Shown: piece after piece, positions 39,824 to 52,500 of the stretch
How positions within the stretch are numbered: the stretch's first letter is position 1
How the letters are laid out: every line of letters starts with the position of its first letter
DNA from: Balanoglossus misakiensis
Taxonomy: Eukaryota > Animalia > Hemichordata
Assembly: GCA_040954595.2 (NCBI GenBank)
Contig: CM082582.2
Location: forward strand, 4,448,303 to 4,512,302
Reading direction: 5' to 3'
DNA: 64,000 nt
Made by a program: the position numbers and the translations under genes
The notes under the pieces: generated by a model
The model's database searches: none
Told to the model about the DNA's origin: nothing
What the model saw: only the letters and a program-made list of their open reading frames with translations

Positions 39824-40328
39824 CTAAAACGAAGGAAAGCGAAGGACGCTGATATCTCCATATTTTAGGGCGAAGGACACGGTTTTCTGTATACTGGAGG
39901 CCGAAGGACAGGTTTAGTTCGGTAGTTATAGCCGAAGGACAGGTTTAGCTTCGTATAAAAGGCCGAAGGAAAGCGAAGGACGCTGATATCTCCATATTTT
40001 AGGGCGAAGGAAACCGAAGGAAAGCGAAGGGCACTGATTTATCCATATTTTAGGGCGAAGGACGAGGTTTCAGGTATGCTGGAGGCCGAAGGACAGGTTT
40101 TTCTCTATGCTGAAGGCCGATTCTACAAGCAAACATGCAGTTGTAACATGGGCTCAAATGCTTCACCAGAAATAACCGACATTACGTTCCATGAACTGGA
40201 AATGAAAAACAACTAACAAAAAACCGATCTCAACACAAGATCACACTATTGTATATTGTATATAGAAAACCTCGTAAAATATGGATAAATCAGTGCCCTT
40301 CGCTTTCCTTCAGTTTCCTTCGTTTTAG
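39824..40328. mobile_element. TIR element with many internal CGAAGGA sub-repeats
   Basis: CTAAAACGAAGGAAA at the left and TTTCCTTCGTTTTAG at the right, with repeated GGCGAAGGA/GCCGAAGGAC units. Confidence 0.65.
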
Positions 40329-41124
40329 TCTCACTCGTAGATGAGATAAGACCATCGATACGTTTATATTGATTATCATAAATGCAACGCCTTTATTGCC
40401 ACTTTGCTATTGTTCGAACAGTGAAGATATGAGCCGGTATTTTCATATCGATTTCAGCATGACATTTGGCAGTACAATTTTCAAACACTGCTCCTAACTT
40501 ACATTGCGTCCATCTGAAAAGGCGTCGTAAAATGGAAGTGCTCTACCACCACACTCGTTGTGAGAATAACGTATTCCGGTATCCAAAACAAAGACATTCA
40601 CGCCACTGCCGTCCCCTTTGAAGAACAGAAAAATAAGCTTATGGGAAAGTGAGTGCACGCATACTTTAGGCTAAGTGAGTAAGCGATGGTCACAACGATC
40701 AGTTGGTTAATGATTCACTTAAAGAACGAAGCTGGCGAATAGACACCAAGGTAAATCTCAAGTGATAAGTAAAATTTCAAGAATGTATAAATGTACTATA
40801 TATGATTACCGGAAATAATTGTTAAGATATGTACTTCGACGAAATTCGTCAAAAAGAATTTAAAAAATCTGACGTCATACACTAACGTACAAAAGCAAAG
40901 TCACCAGCAAAGAAGGTCCCTGACTTACCAAGTGGTGCTGAAGAATAAACATTATCCAAAGGTAGGTCAGCCTGATCAATCCTGTCCAAACCCCACTCTA
41001 CATCTCCATGAACAACTTCGTCTTCTTCAACAAACTCAACCTCGTCTAGCCAACGAAGCTAGATGAAAATAAAAAAGGTAGAACTATCAGTAGCGGGGAG
41101 TAACAAAAATAGGTGAGAATTGTT

Positions 41125-41340
41125 ACATACATCCATACATCCATCCACCCACCCACTCATCCATCCATCCATCCATCCATCCATCCATCCATCCATCCAT
41201 ACATACATACATACATACATACATACATACATACATACATACATACATACATACATACATACATACATACATACATACATACATACATACATACATACAT
41301 ACATACATACATACATACATACATACATACATACATACAT

Positions 41341-41383
<43 letters not shown>

Positions 41384-41425
41384 TGCATGCATGCATGCAT
41401 GCATGCATGCATGCATGCATGCATG

Positions 41426-41489
<64 letters not shown>

Positions 41490-41566
41490 TACATACATAC
41501 ATACATACATACATACATACATACATACATACATACATACATACATACATACATACATACATACAT
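41125..41566. repeat. Compound microsatellite (CCAT, CATA, CAGA, CATG, CA, CATA)
   Basis: Directly visible. Confidence 0.97.
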
Positions 41567-41589
41567 TATCACACATACCATTTTTTCAG

Positions 41590-42040
41590 CATTCCACAAG
41601 AAAGCAGACAAGCTCACAATGAAGGCGGCAGACATTTTCGATGGTCACGTGTCAGCGAGAATTTATTTGCCACCACAGATCACAATGAGATCAAAGTGTT
41701 TCATTTGGGACATTCACAGGTAACGTAATAAAGAGAAAAAACATTCACTTTCAATCATCATGTAGATTTTATTTATTAACCTAATGATGAAAATCTTATC
41801 AATGTGTCAAATTCAAAATATCTGCCAAAAATAAACTCTGCATAATGAGCTCATTACATTTATGTGTATTTCTGGAAATGTATTTACTGGATACCAGAAA
41901 TTCACTGACACATCTCATTTCAGGTGCCAGTGTCCAGTTTACTGCCAGTCACTGCAGGGGGTCTTAGCTGGCATGCGTCGTTACCCGTGTGTGCTGTTGG
42001 TGGAGATCGGAAAGTCCATATATGGTGGACAGAAATGTGA
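41590..42040 (+). pseudogene. NUP37: Orphan last two exons of nucleoporin NUP37 (copy 1)
   Basis: 41590-41719 encodes [10 protein letters not shown]...[14 protein letters not shown]...HLGHSQ and 41924-42040 encodes GGLSWHASLPVCAVGGDRKVHIWWTEM*. These match the NUP37 C-terminus as I recall it. No upstream NUP37 exon is adjacent. Confidence 0.75.
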
Positions 42041-43592
42041 AAGTAACTATGGACAGTGACAATGAGTCAATGTTACGGACATTCTGAGGAACATTTGGAG
42101 AGCTGTTCTTTTGCAGTTCTGAAATGCAGATTTTCTAAGTCTGTGTGGAATTTTTTTTACAATACACACACACAGGTTTGAAATTGACCAGTAACTGGGA
42201 AAAGATCATTTCAGTTTTGAAATCAATACTAGTACAATGTCAACATGTTTTTATCAGGAGAGGGTTTTACACCCCTTGGTAATCATTCAAAAGTTTGTCA
42301 ATGTTGCATGTGGCTATTTGGTCCTGGTACAACATGCAACTTTGGTGCCGGTCTTTGCTGAAGTCCAGCCGGAAAAAATGGTCAAACATGTTTACTACTA
42401 ATGCTAAAAGTTCTTCTGTAGTTCCCTTCTATTCACGTTAACATGTTGTAGCAATTAAAAGTGTAAATACTGAGGGAATTTCAGCTGTCTCCTACTTTTT
42501 TGAAAGGATATATATATCCTTTTCTGTGTGTGTGGTAGACCCATAGACAGTATGATGGGCCTGCATGTATTAAGATTTAAAAACCCTTTCACCCCCAGTT
42601 CCCACTTCAGAGGTCCAACCTCACCACAGAAAACAATAGGTTTGGACTGAACCATGGTGGTGAAAGGGTTAGTAAAAACAACAGTTATTAAATAATTCAG
42701 AATATACTGACAATTTAAAACCCTATAGAACACAATTATAGTGTTATAAATCTTAGATTCTCTTATACGGTACATGATCCAGGGTATGGTAGTTTTAACT
42801 GAAAGCTATTCATAAATTCTAGAACGTATCACTGAATGTACTCATAAAATTTTATACATGACATAAAAATCACTGAAAATAAAAGTCAGGAAAATACAAT
42901 GCGTTATATACATTTATATACAGTTTACAAAAATGTTCAAAAACGACTCAAATAAATGAAAATAGGTAAAGTTCACTCAAGAAAAATACTTTACATTATT
43001 GTACAGTTATATACACGGTATGAAAGTGTTCGAAAACGACTAACCAAAAAATAAATGAAAAATAAAAGCAAAGGTAATGATAATGAAGACTTATTCATTA
43101 TCATATACAACCCTGTTTGTTTTCTAAATATCAAATGGTCCAGGTTTTTTGTTCTGTGTGTTAACTGCGGTTTCTTGTTTGACTCTGGGAAGCCTGATGA
43201 AATGCTCAGTATTTAGCTTATCAAACAAGCCTATGTAAAATCAACATTGTTTATATTGTTGAATGAAGAATTGAAGTTGTAACTGAATGTTGCTGGGATA
43301 CATATGCAGGCTATGTATTTGCCTTGGTCTCCATACCCGCTGTGTTTTAGATAGACTCACACACAGTGTGTTTTATCTAAAACACACTGGGTATATAGAG
43401 ACCAGGCTAGCTATGTTTAAGCACATTAGCATTGTCTGGGAAGTAGAAGAAATTGCAGTTAGCACATACAACAAAATTAAAGTAAAACAGCTAAGGTTAC
43501 TGCCAATGTACCGACCGGTACTTGTAAATAACAACACTATAGCTTCTTCTCTGTTTTGGCATTGTCTTCTGTTTGAGGTCAGAGTTCTGAAG

Positions 43593-46500
43593 TCAAGTTG
43601 TGTCATCACAATAGATGAAATGAATTGTGATGTTGTTGCCTTTCAAACACAGACTAGGTCTATCATTTGTGCAGCAACTCTCATCAATCTCAAAACCAGC
43701 TTCTATCAGTGCACTTTTCATTTCATTTATATTTTCAGGTTTCAGTGTATTTCTGTGTTCTATCTTAAGGGGACCTGCACGACATTTATCTGCTTGCGTT
43801 ATACCGGCAATCATGGAAGGAACACTGTTCTGCAGATCACAATCTTTGAACTCAACTGTTTGTACCAACTCAAAGGTGAATAACTCTGCCCACTTGTCTG
43901 CAGAAGAATCATGTGACGCTGTTTTGCCGCCAACAATGATGACTTTGTTCAGACTTGTCAGACCAGCAACACACTTGCATACATTCTCTATGGTAAACAC
44001 CTGTGTCTGACATTCACGCAATTTAATGCTAGGATATGCCATTCTCAGTGACTTCAGTTCACTTATGTTTGACAAAGCATGGCACACTTGAGTGTATAAT
44101 ATAGTCAGAGCATCATTGTCTTCTATTGAGTCAGACTCCAACTCATCATCATCATACGTAAACACAACGTTTGGTAAATGTCTCAGATGAAATTTGAGTT
44201 TGAAGATTTTTGAGGAGTTGGCGTATTTTCCCTTTACAATTACTTGTATGCCTTCCAACACCAATTCATGAATGCCCATACCATCTGTGACAAATTGCTC
44301 AATTCTCTGTGACACACTATCAGTGTTAAAATTCTGCTCAAATGACATGACAACCGTTTCAGCATGTTGATATCCTCGTAATTTATCAAGAATTGATTTT
44401 GCCTCTTCATGGCCAAAGGGTTCTGCTGATTCACACACATGATATTCAACTTTCCTCACATTTACTGCTGTTAATTCTTGTAAAAATTCTTCTGTGTGAT
44501 ACCTTCCCATATCATGACATGTGATGTGGTCGAATTCTAGTACATTGAAGCGAACCAATGTGGCTGTTAGCAGAAAGGCCTGTATAGAAGACACAGTATC
44601 CTTCTCTCTGAAATCAGACTTGATTACACTAAGTGTAAGGCTGTCATTATTAACTGATGCGCACTCTGAAAGCACCTGATACAGACTTGGCAAATCTAAA
44701 TCCATGAAGGTATTTGTCTGATACCAGAATGTAAACCGTCCAAATATGGCCTCGATAAACAATTGACCAGCTGATTCCAGTGGTGGCAAACCATCACCAC
44801 AAAATGTAGCCTCAACTGATCCAAGAGTCTTACTCTGACATAGCTGTGAGTGTACAGATTTCATGAAATCCGTACTATGTATAGGTAATCCCAGCAAGAC
44901 AAGCGTTTTAGCCGTAATCTGTGATAAAACTTTCAGAAGACCAACCATGCAACTACATGTAGTTTCCAAGCCATCAAAACCAGAGAAATTCAATGTTAGT
45001 ACATTGAATCTAACCGATGTGGCTGTTAGCAGAAAGGCCTGTATAGAAGACACAGTATCCTTCTCTCTGAAATCACACTTGATTACCATGTTTAGTATAA
45101 TACTCCCATTATCATCTGATGCGCAGTCAGAAAGCACCTGATACAGACTTGGCAAATCTAAATCCATGAAGGTATTTGTCTGATACAAGAATGTAAACCG
45201 TCCAAATATTGCCAGGATAATCAATTTACCAGCTTTTTCGAGTGGTGGCAAACCATCGCTACAAAATGAAGCCTCAACTGATCCAAGATTACTCTGACAT
45301 AGCTGTGAGTGTACAGCTTTCATGAAATCCGTACTATCTATAGGTAATCCCAGCAAGACAAGCTTCTTAGCCGTAATCTGTGATAAAACTTTCAGAAGAC
45401 CAACCATGCAACTAGTTTCCAAGCCATCAAAACCAGAGAAATTCAATGTTAGTACATTGAATCTAACCGATGTGGCTGTTAGCAGAAAGGCCTGTATAGA
45501 AGACACAGTATCCTTCTCTCTGAAATCACACTTGATTACCATGTTTAGTATAATACTCCCATTATCATCTGATGCGCAGTCAGAAAGCACCTGATACAGA
45601 CTTGGCAAATCTAAATCCATGAAGGTATTTGTCTGATACTCGAATGTAAACCGTCCAAATATTGCCTGGATAATCAATTTACCAGCTATTTTGAATGGTG
45701 TCAAACCATCGCTACAAAATGTAGCAACAACAGATCCAAGAGACTTACTCTGACATAGCTGTGAGTGTACAGCTTTCATGAAATCCGTACTATCTATAGG
45801 TAATCCCCCCAAGACAAGCTTCTTAGCCGTAATCTGTGACAAAACTTTCAGAAGACCAACCACACCACTGGTTTTCAAGTCAACAAAACCAGAGAATATC
45901 CATTGTAGTTCATTAAAGCTAACCGATGTGGCTGTTAGCAGAAAGGCCTGTATAGAAGACACAGTATCCTTCTCTCTGAAATCACACTTGATTACCATGT
46001 TTAGTATAATACTCCCATTATCATCTGATGCGCAGTCAGAAAGCACCTGATACAGACTTGGCAAATCTAAATCCATGAAGGTATTTGTCTGATACTTAAA
46101 TGTAAACCGTCCAAATGTTGCTATGATAGTCAGACTATCACTACGAAATGCAGCAGTCAATTGTTCAACAGACAATCTCTCAGGCAACTGTGAGTATAGA
46201 TCATCTATGGCTTTCAATATACATGTACTAGTAATGTCAGGTGACACCCTTTCAAGTAACTCCACTATCTGTATGTAATCGTCTTCGGACAAAGTCTGTA
46301 AAATTCTTAACAATAAACTGTTACATTTGTGAAAAAAACTCTCCCAGTCAACGTAAATAAATGAAGAAGATGGAAACTTGTCGACATCCATCGATACGGC
46401 TCTTTTCATCATGGACATTAGAGAAAACAACACTTTTTCCAAGTTCAAATCATCACTCTTGCTTCCAATGTCTTGAAAATTCATGATCAATCTGCACAGT

Positions 46501-49500
46501 GACAGCCATTGATCCACATCACCTAGCATATTTATATCTATGATGGGATTTGTTTTACAAATGGTTGTAAACTGTCTTAAATATTGTTCTTTAAAATGCA
46601 ATTCACCACAAAATGTAGCCTCAACTGATCCAAGAGACTTACTCTGACATAACTGTGAGTGAACAGCTTCCATGAATTCCATACTATCTATAGGTAATCG
46701 CTCCAAGACAAGCTTTTTGGCCTTAATCTGAACCAACTTTTGCACTATACCAATAACACAAGGCTGAACAGTCACAAAGTCTGCATTTGTTGTATGTCCA
46801 GAGAAACGTAATGTTACTTTATCAACATCCGTAATCTTAGTTAGTAGAGCCTGTATGTTAGCTGATTCTGCATTCATTTCTTGAAAATTACAGGTGATAT
46901 CAATACATGTATTCAGGTTAACTTTCTCCCCTGGAGCCAGCTCTGAGAGCAAACAACGGTGTCTCAGGAAATCAAAATTAAAATCAATCATGTGATAGAG
47001 GACTGAAATGTGTCTCCATGCTGCGGTTATTATCAATTTATCACTTTTCCCTGATGTTAGACCATCCTCATAAAATTCAATATTCAGTGACTTTAATGAC
47101 TTACTGTTTACAAGGTGACTACGTACAGCTCTAACAAAGTCTAAGTTGTCACGAAATGGTGTTAAAATGGCAAGATATTCAGCAAAAATGTTGCCAATCT
47201 GATGACAAACATTCTCTAAGTGAAAGACATCATGACCAGAGATAAATTTTACCCTAACATAGTCAAAGTGTACATCTGCCACAAGTACAGCCTGAACTTT
47301 GGAAACAACATCTTTGTCTCCCAAATCACATGTGATAAAGGCGTCTAATTTTAATGTTTCATTATTCTCTGATGCATATTTTGAGAGAAACTGATAAAAA
47401 CTTAAAAATTCAAAATCCAAGTTAGCTGTAGTCAACTGGATTTCAGTCTTTCCCAGGGTTACCAATATCTGTTGCTTGAATTTGTCAGATGTGTACTTGG
47501 CAAAATACAGTTTAGCTTTTTTGACGGATTCATTTACACTGAGTGTTCTGCACACAACTTTTAAAACTTTAGTGTCAATAGGTAATCCTGTATGAATTTC
47601 AAGCTTATCAGCAGTAATTTCTGATAGGCCCTGGGTTGCATGTTTAATATCAAGTCTATGAAGCTTGGGTACCCTCAAGACAGCCTTGCGAATCCGTACT
47701 GATTGGAACCATGAAAGAGACTGAACACTGTCAGTAGTGACATCATACAGGACTTTTTTCTTCTTGTTAATTTTCAATACATCTAAACATTTTCTGCACA
47801 TTTCTTGTGTTGCCAGATTCGCTGCAGATATCTTGAATTGGACTGATTTATAAGTGATATTCGAACATTTCAGCAGTGATACATTTATGTCAAGTATATT
47901 ATTATTGGCCATTTTATCAAAGTCTACTGTGAGACTATCAGGTAAGAAACTAGCATGGAGGTCAGTGATTTGTTGTGGGTCAATACAACTTTCATACAAT
48001 ATTTCTCTAACATCAGTACATGCTTCGTGATGAAAGCCTTTTCCCCTCCAATTTTCAAAGATTTTACTGACATTATCTTTAAGCTGACCTCCAATGAAGG
48101 CCAAACAAACTGAGTAGTTGGGATTGCTAGGGTTGAAAACATTGATAGTGTCTGCAAATTTTGGTGGATCTGTCAATCGAATATCAGCTATGTACAAGGA
48201 AGCAAAATACCCTTGAAAGGTTAAATGATAGAATGAATAGGTAGTTGGAATTGAATATTTTTTAGTCAGGAAACCTAATTTTAATATGTGCCTTGATTTT
48301 GAAATGTCTTCTTCACTGAAATTGTACCGGCGATGCATTAATGCTTCACATGACACTTTGCCTAATACGAGCAATGCTTGCTTTATTTCAGAGCTGTCTG
48401 GCCTGATATCGCTGTCTTGCTTGTCACAATGCCTTTGAATGATGTAATCAACAATTGCTTTATAAAGTTGAGTAATGGTGTGTGGAAGTTGCTTTGTATG
48501 TAGCCAAATATGAAATAACATTAAAGTATTCAAGGGACTCTGCATAAAATGCAACAATGTCATGCGGTGGACAGATTTTTCCAGTTCCTGCATAAAATTT
48601 GCAGGTTTTGATGATGTGAAATATTCACCCTGTAAAGCTGTTGCTTTGACATATTTCTCAATAAAAGCCTTTGCTTTCTCTTCGTCATCAAACCCCTTTA
48701 CTAATAGCTGTAAGTCATACATTTGCTCACGGTTCTCGTCCCTAATATTCCGAGATGTAACTATAACTGGACAATCAGGCAGAAATGTTCGCTTTTGTTC
48801 GACCATATTCTTGAAATATCCTGGAAGTTCATCAGCTGGGACTTCATCAAGCCCATCAAAGACAAAACAAACTAGTGACTGATTGCTTTCGATAAAATCC
48901 CATATTTCATCTTTTTCTTTGACACCTTGCAACACTGATGAAAAAATGACATCTTTGAGACTTTGTTGACATTCATTTTTTTTGTTCATTTCATAAAGAT
49001 CTTTCAATTCAAATAGAAACAATAGTTTGAAATATTTTAACCCCTCTGTATTTGACTTTGCCCAATCAGACGCTAACTTCTTACAAAAAGTTGATTTACC
49101 ATACCCTGGATCACCTTCTATTAATATTCGTCTGGTATAATTACAGTCTTGAAAAGATGTAAAGATTTCTTCTCTAGAAAAGTCCTGCGTTGTTCCATAC
49201 TTGGTTTGTAGCTCCAGTTCAATGTAGATCTCATCAAGCGGAAGTCTACTGTCAGCTCCATCCAATCCTAGAAATGCCGGAATATGAGATAACCTTTTGT
49301 AGTAGGCTTTCAACTTCTCCTGAGACTTTGCAACAATATCTACAGTATTAAAAATAAAAGCAAATTTTAAAACCCTGTGAATAGATGGGTTGTGCTACTG
49401 TTCTCAAAACAAAGACAAGCAAAGTGAAACTATGCAAAAACAACAAAACACTTTTGAAATTAAAGTGAGTACAACTCTAACTGTAATAATTTATATTGTT

Positions 49501-49537
49501 TTGGAATTTTGTGAGATGAAATATTCACCCATCAAGC

Positions 49538-49569
<32 letters not shown>

Positions 49570-52500
49570 CATTATCACATACATACATACATACATACAT
49601 ACATACATACATACATACATACATACATACATACATACATACATACATACATACATACATACATACATACATACATACATACATACATACATACATACAT
49701 ACATACATACATACATACATACATACATACATACATACATACATACATACATACATACATACATACATACATACATACATACATTAATTCATTCATTCAT
49801 TCATTCATTCATTCATTCATTCATTCATTCATTCATTCATTCATTCATTCATTCATTCATTCATTCATTCATTCATTCATTCATTCATTCATTCAAAGGT
49901 AGACCCGGCAGCAACAGACCGATAGTGGCAATGTGCAGCACATTTAAAGACAAAGAAAAGATCTTGTCCAAGAAGAAAGAGCTCCGCGGCACGGACATTT
50001 TTGTTGACGAGCACTACTCAAGCGAGACGAGTTTCATCAGGAAGAAACTATTCGGTATTAGCATAAAGAACTTAACAGTAAAAACATAAAGACCTTTGTA
50101 AATTACAAGACACTTTTGACCTATGAGAACGGAACCAAGATACTGTACAGCTATGATGAAAAGACTGACACTGTAATTACAAATGATCGTCCGAGATAGG
50201 GCGGTGGCCAAGGTCCAGTAGGACACTTTGAAAATAAAAATCTTTGCTTGCTTTCATGGAACGTACAAGGTTTATCCCGTAAATTGCATGATAACTCCAT
50301 TGTTGAATATTTCAACCAATTTGATATGGTAGTCTGTGCCGTAGAAACCTGGTTTCAAAAGGAATTATTGTCAGACAAAGTTTTACAGGGTTATAAATCA
50401 TACCATTCTTGCAGAGAAAAAATGTCCCGTACAGGCAGATGCGCAGGTGGTGTTTCTGTCTTTGTTAAAAATTGGTGTTTGACAGGTATTTCTAGACTGG
50501 CCACGATGTTACCAGATTCAATTTTTCTTATGCTAAATGGTAACAAGTTTGGCTTCTCAAAAAATGTTATTTTGGGATGCCTGTACATCCCACCAGAGGG
50601 TTCCAAGAGCTACAATTTTGAAACAAATGGGATCGAAATGCTGGAAAATCAGATTTCAGATCTGCAAGTAAACTATCTGTTTCTTATGGGCGACTTCAAT
50701 GCAAGAACGGCACTAGATTATGATTATATTATCAATGATTCTATTCAACATGTACCTGTAACATTTGATAATTATGAGGTTGATGACTTTGATATAGAGC
50801 GTAAATCGAAAGATGCTGTGAGTAATACTTTTGGAAGAATATTATTAGAATTGTGCAGGGATCACTCCATTCATTTTTTGAATGGAAGATGTGGGAGAGA
50901 TCCAGCTGGTAACTTTACTTGTATTGCAAACAGGGGGACCAGTGTAGTGGATGATATGATTGTGTCCAGTGATTTATTTAAACATGTTTCTGACTTTAAT
51001 GTTGAAGATAGGAGTGACTCTGATCACTTTCCCTTGTCATGTCATGTCTTCCTGAAAATATACATAGAGTCCAAGGCTCAGATTTTCACGACTATACATT
51101 TTTTAAGTGGGATAATGAGAAAAGGGGTAATTTAATGAAAAGGTCACCTCAACGGACGGTCAACATCATATCAGTGGTATTCTTGATTCTGGGAGGGATG
51201 ATGTAAATGAGCTGACTTCAAAAGTGTATGCTTTATTGACATGGGCTGCAGCAGGCTACCATAAGTTTACTGTTAAGAGTAGGGATGTTACAAAGAGAGT
51301 ATTGCAGCCAAAATGGTTCAACAAAGATTGTGAAATAGCTAAAATGAATATGTAGGGTACAAAGCCCTCCGTTATTTCAGAGATTTAAATGACCAGGATA
51401 GTTTGAAAAATTATAAGGATCGCAAGGAAACGTTTAAATCTTTGTGTAGAATCAACAAAGAAAATTTTTATCCTTCATTCTGTAACAATGGGGAGAACAT
51501 TTGGAAACGAGTTATATATTTTAAGGGGGGTCAAAAACCCCTCTCCAATATCTCAGCTGCTGACTGGATGGAGCACTTTGATAAATTACACAACCCTGTT
51601 TACCAGAAAACCAATTTTGATATCAGTGTGGAAAATTTTCTTGAAACCGTTGAATTCTCTCACGGAGATGAAACCTCCAATGAGGAGGACATTCTCAACC
51701 ATCCTATTAGCAACGATGACATATTGTATACTTTGGATATGCTAAAAACTGGTAAATCACCTGGTCCCGATGGCTTACCAAATGAATTTTTCAGAGCATG
51801 CTAATAATAGTCGTATTCGCTGGTGTATTTCCTAGAGATTAAAGTATGGGTATCATAGTCCCGCTATATAAGAAGGGTGGTTTTCATGACCCAAATCATT
51901 TTCGAGGCATAACGCTTCTGGACTCGATTGGAAATTTTTTTACTTTCATCTTGAACCAGACTGACCAAATGGGCCGAGATGATCGGTTGCATTACTGAGT
52001 GTCAGACTGGCTTCAGGCGTGGTTATAGCACCATGGATAACATCTTTACGTTACATGTCATGGTTCAAAAGTATCTTTGTAGATCAAGGGGACGCTTTTA
52101 CTGTGCATTTATAGATTTCAGCAAAGCTTTCGACACTGTAAATCACAATTTGTTGCTGTACAGACGGTCCACTGAGGGTGTACAGGGTAAAATGTTTAAT
52201 ATTCTTAAGTCAATGTACCATGGGCTTAAATCTTGTGTAAAATCCCAACAAGGGAGAACTAACTATTTTCAGTGTTCTGTTGGCGTGCGTCAGGGATGCA
52301 TGTTGAGTTCCTTTTTGTTTTCACTTTTTATAAATGAATTAAGGTTGAGATGCACCTTTTATGACACTTGTTTTTAATCGATTTTTTCTCCTTGTATTTC
52401 ATGTTTCCCACCAACACATTATATATTTTCTGTTAGCTCTATACTTGAAGTTTATGAAAATCTGGTTTATTTTCCAAAATTTCCGTTCTCTTTCTTGTTT

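Larger units (their letters stand above)
33437..41058 (-). pseudogene. Disrupted gene: proteinase K-type subtilisin (S8) + 2 Link modules + Cys-rich module
   Basis: Exons: 41058-40929 (WGLDRIDQ), 40615-40503 (VLDTG, Asp), 39341-39200 (GHGTHCAG, His), 38222-38038 (SAGN, SPASAP), 37576-36662 (GTSMATPHVA, Ser; split by two insertions), 36251-36098 (GVAALLLQQ...TPNKLL; 154 nt, +1 frameshift), Link exons 35628-35344 and 34846-34562, and a Cys-rich tail at ~33565-33437. The signal/I9 exons were not found. Confidence 0.8.

Noticed and set aside
39830-40120. Short repeats with spacers, superficially CRISPR-like (also 33711-34280)
   Set aside because: The spacers resemble each other, the periods are irregular, there are no cas genes and the context is eukaryotic.
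41059-41728. MYVC/HTYI repeat ORFs (also at 49390-49902 and 53162-53733) and poly-Met/Ile ORFs at 8536-8889
   Set aside because: These are translations of microsatellites.
43287-43883. 198-aa plus-strand ORF repeated at 59781-60377
   Set aside because: It is antisense to the NLR end and UTR. The conservation reflects recent duplication and there are no recognisable motifs.
44863-46050. Three similar ~90-aa plus-strand ORFs
   Set aside because: They are antisense shadows of the NLR coding repeat.
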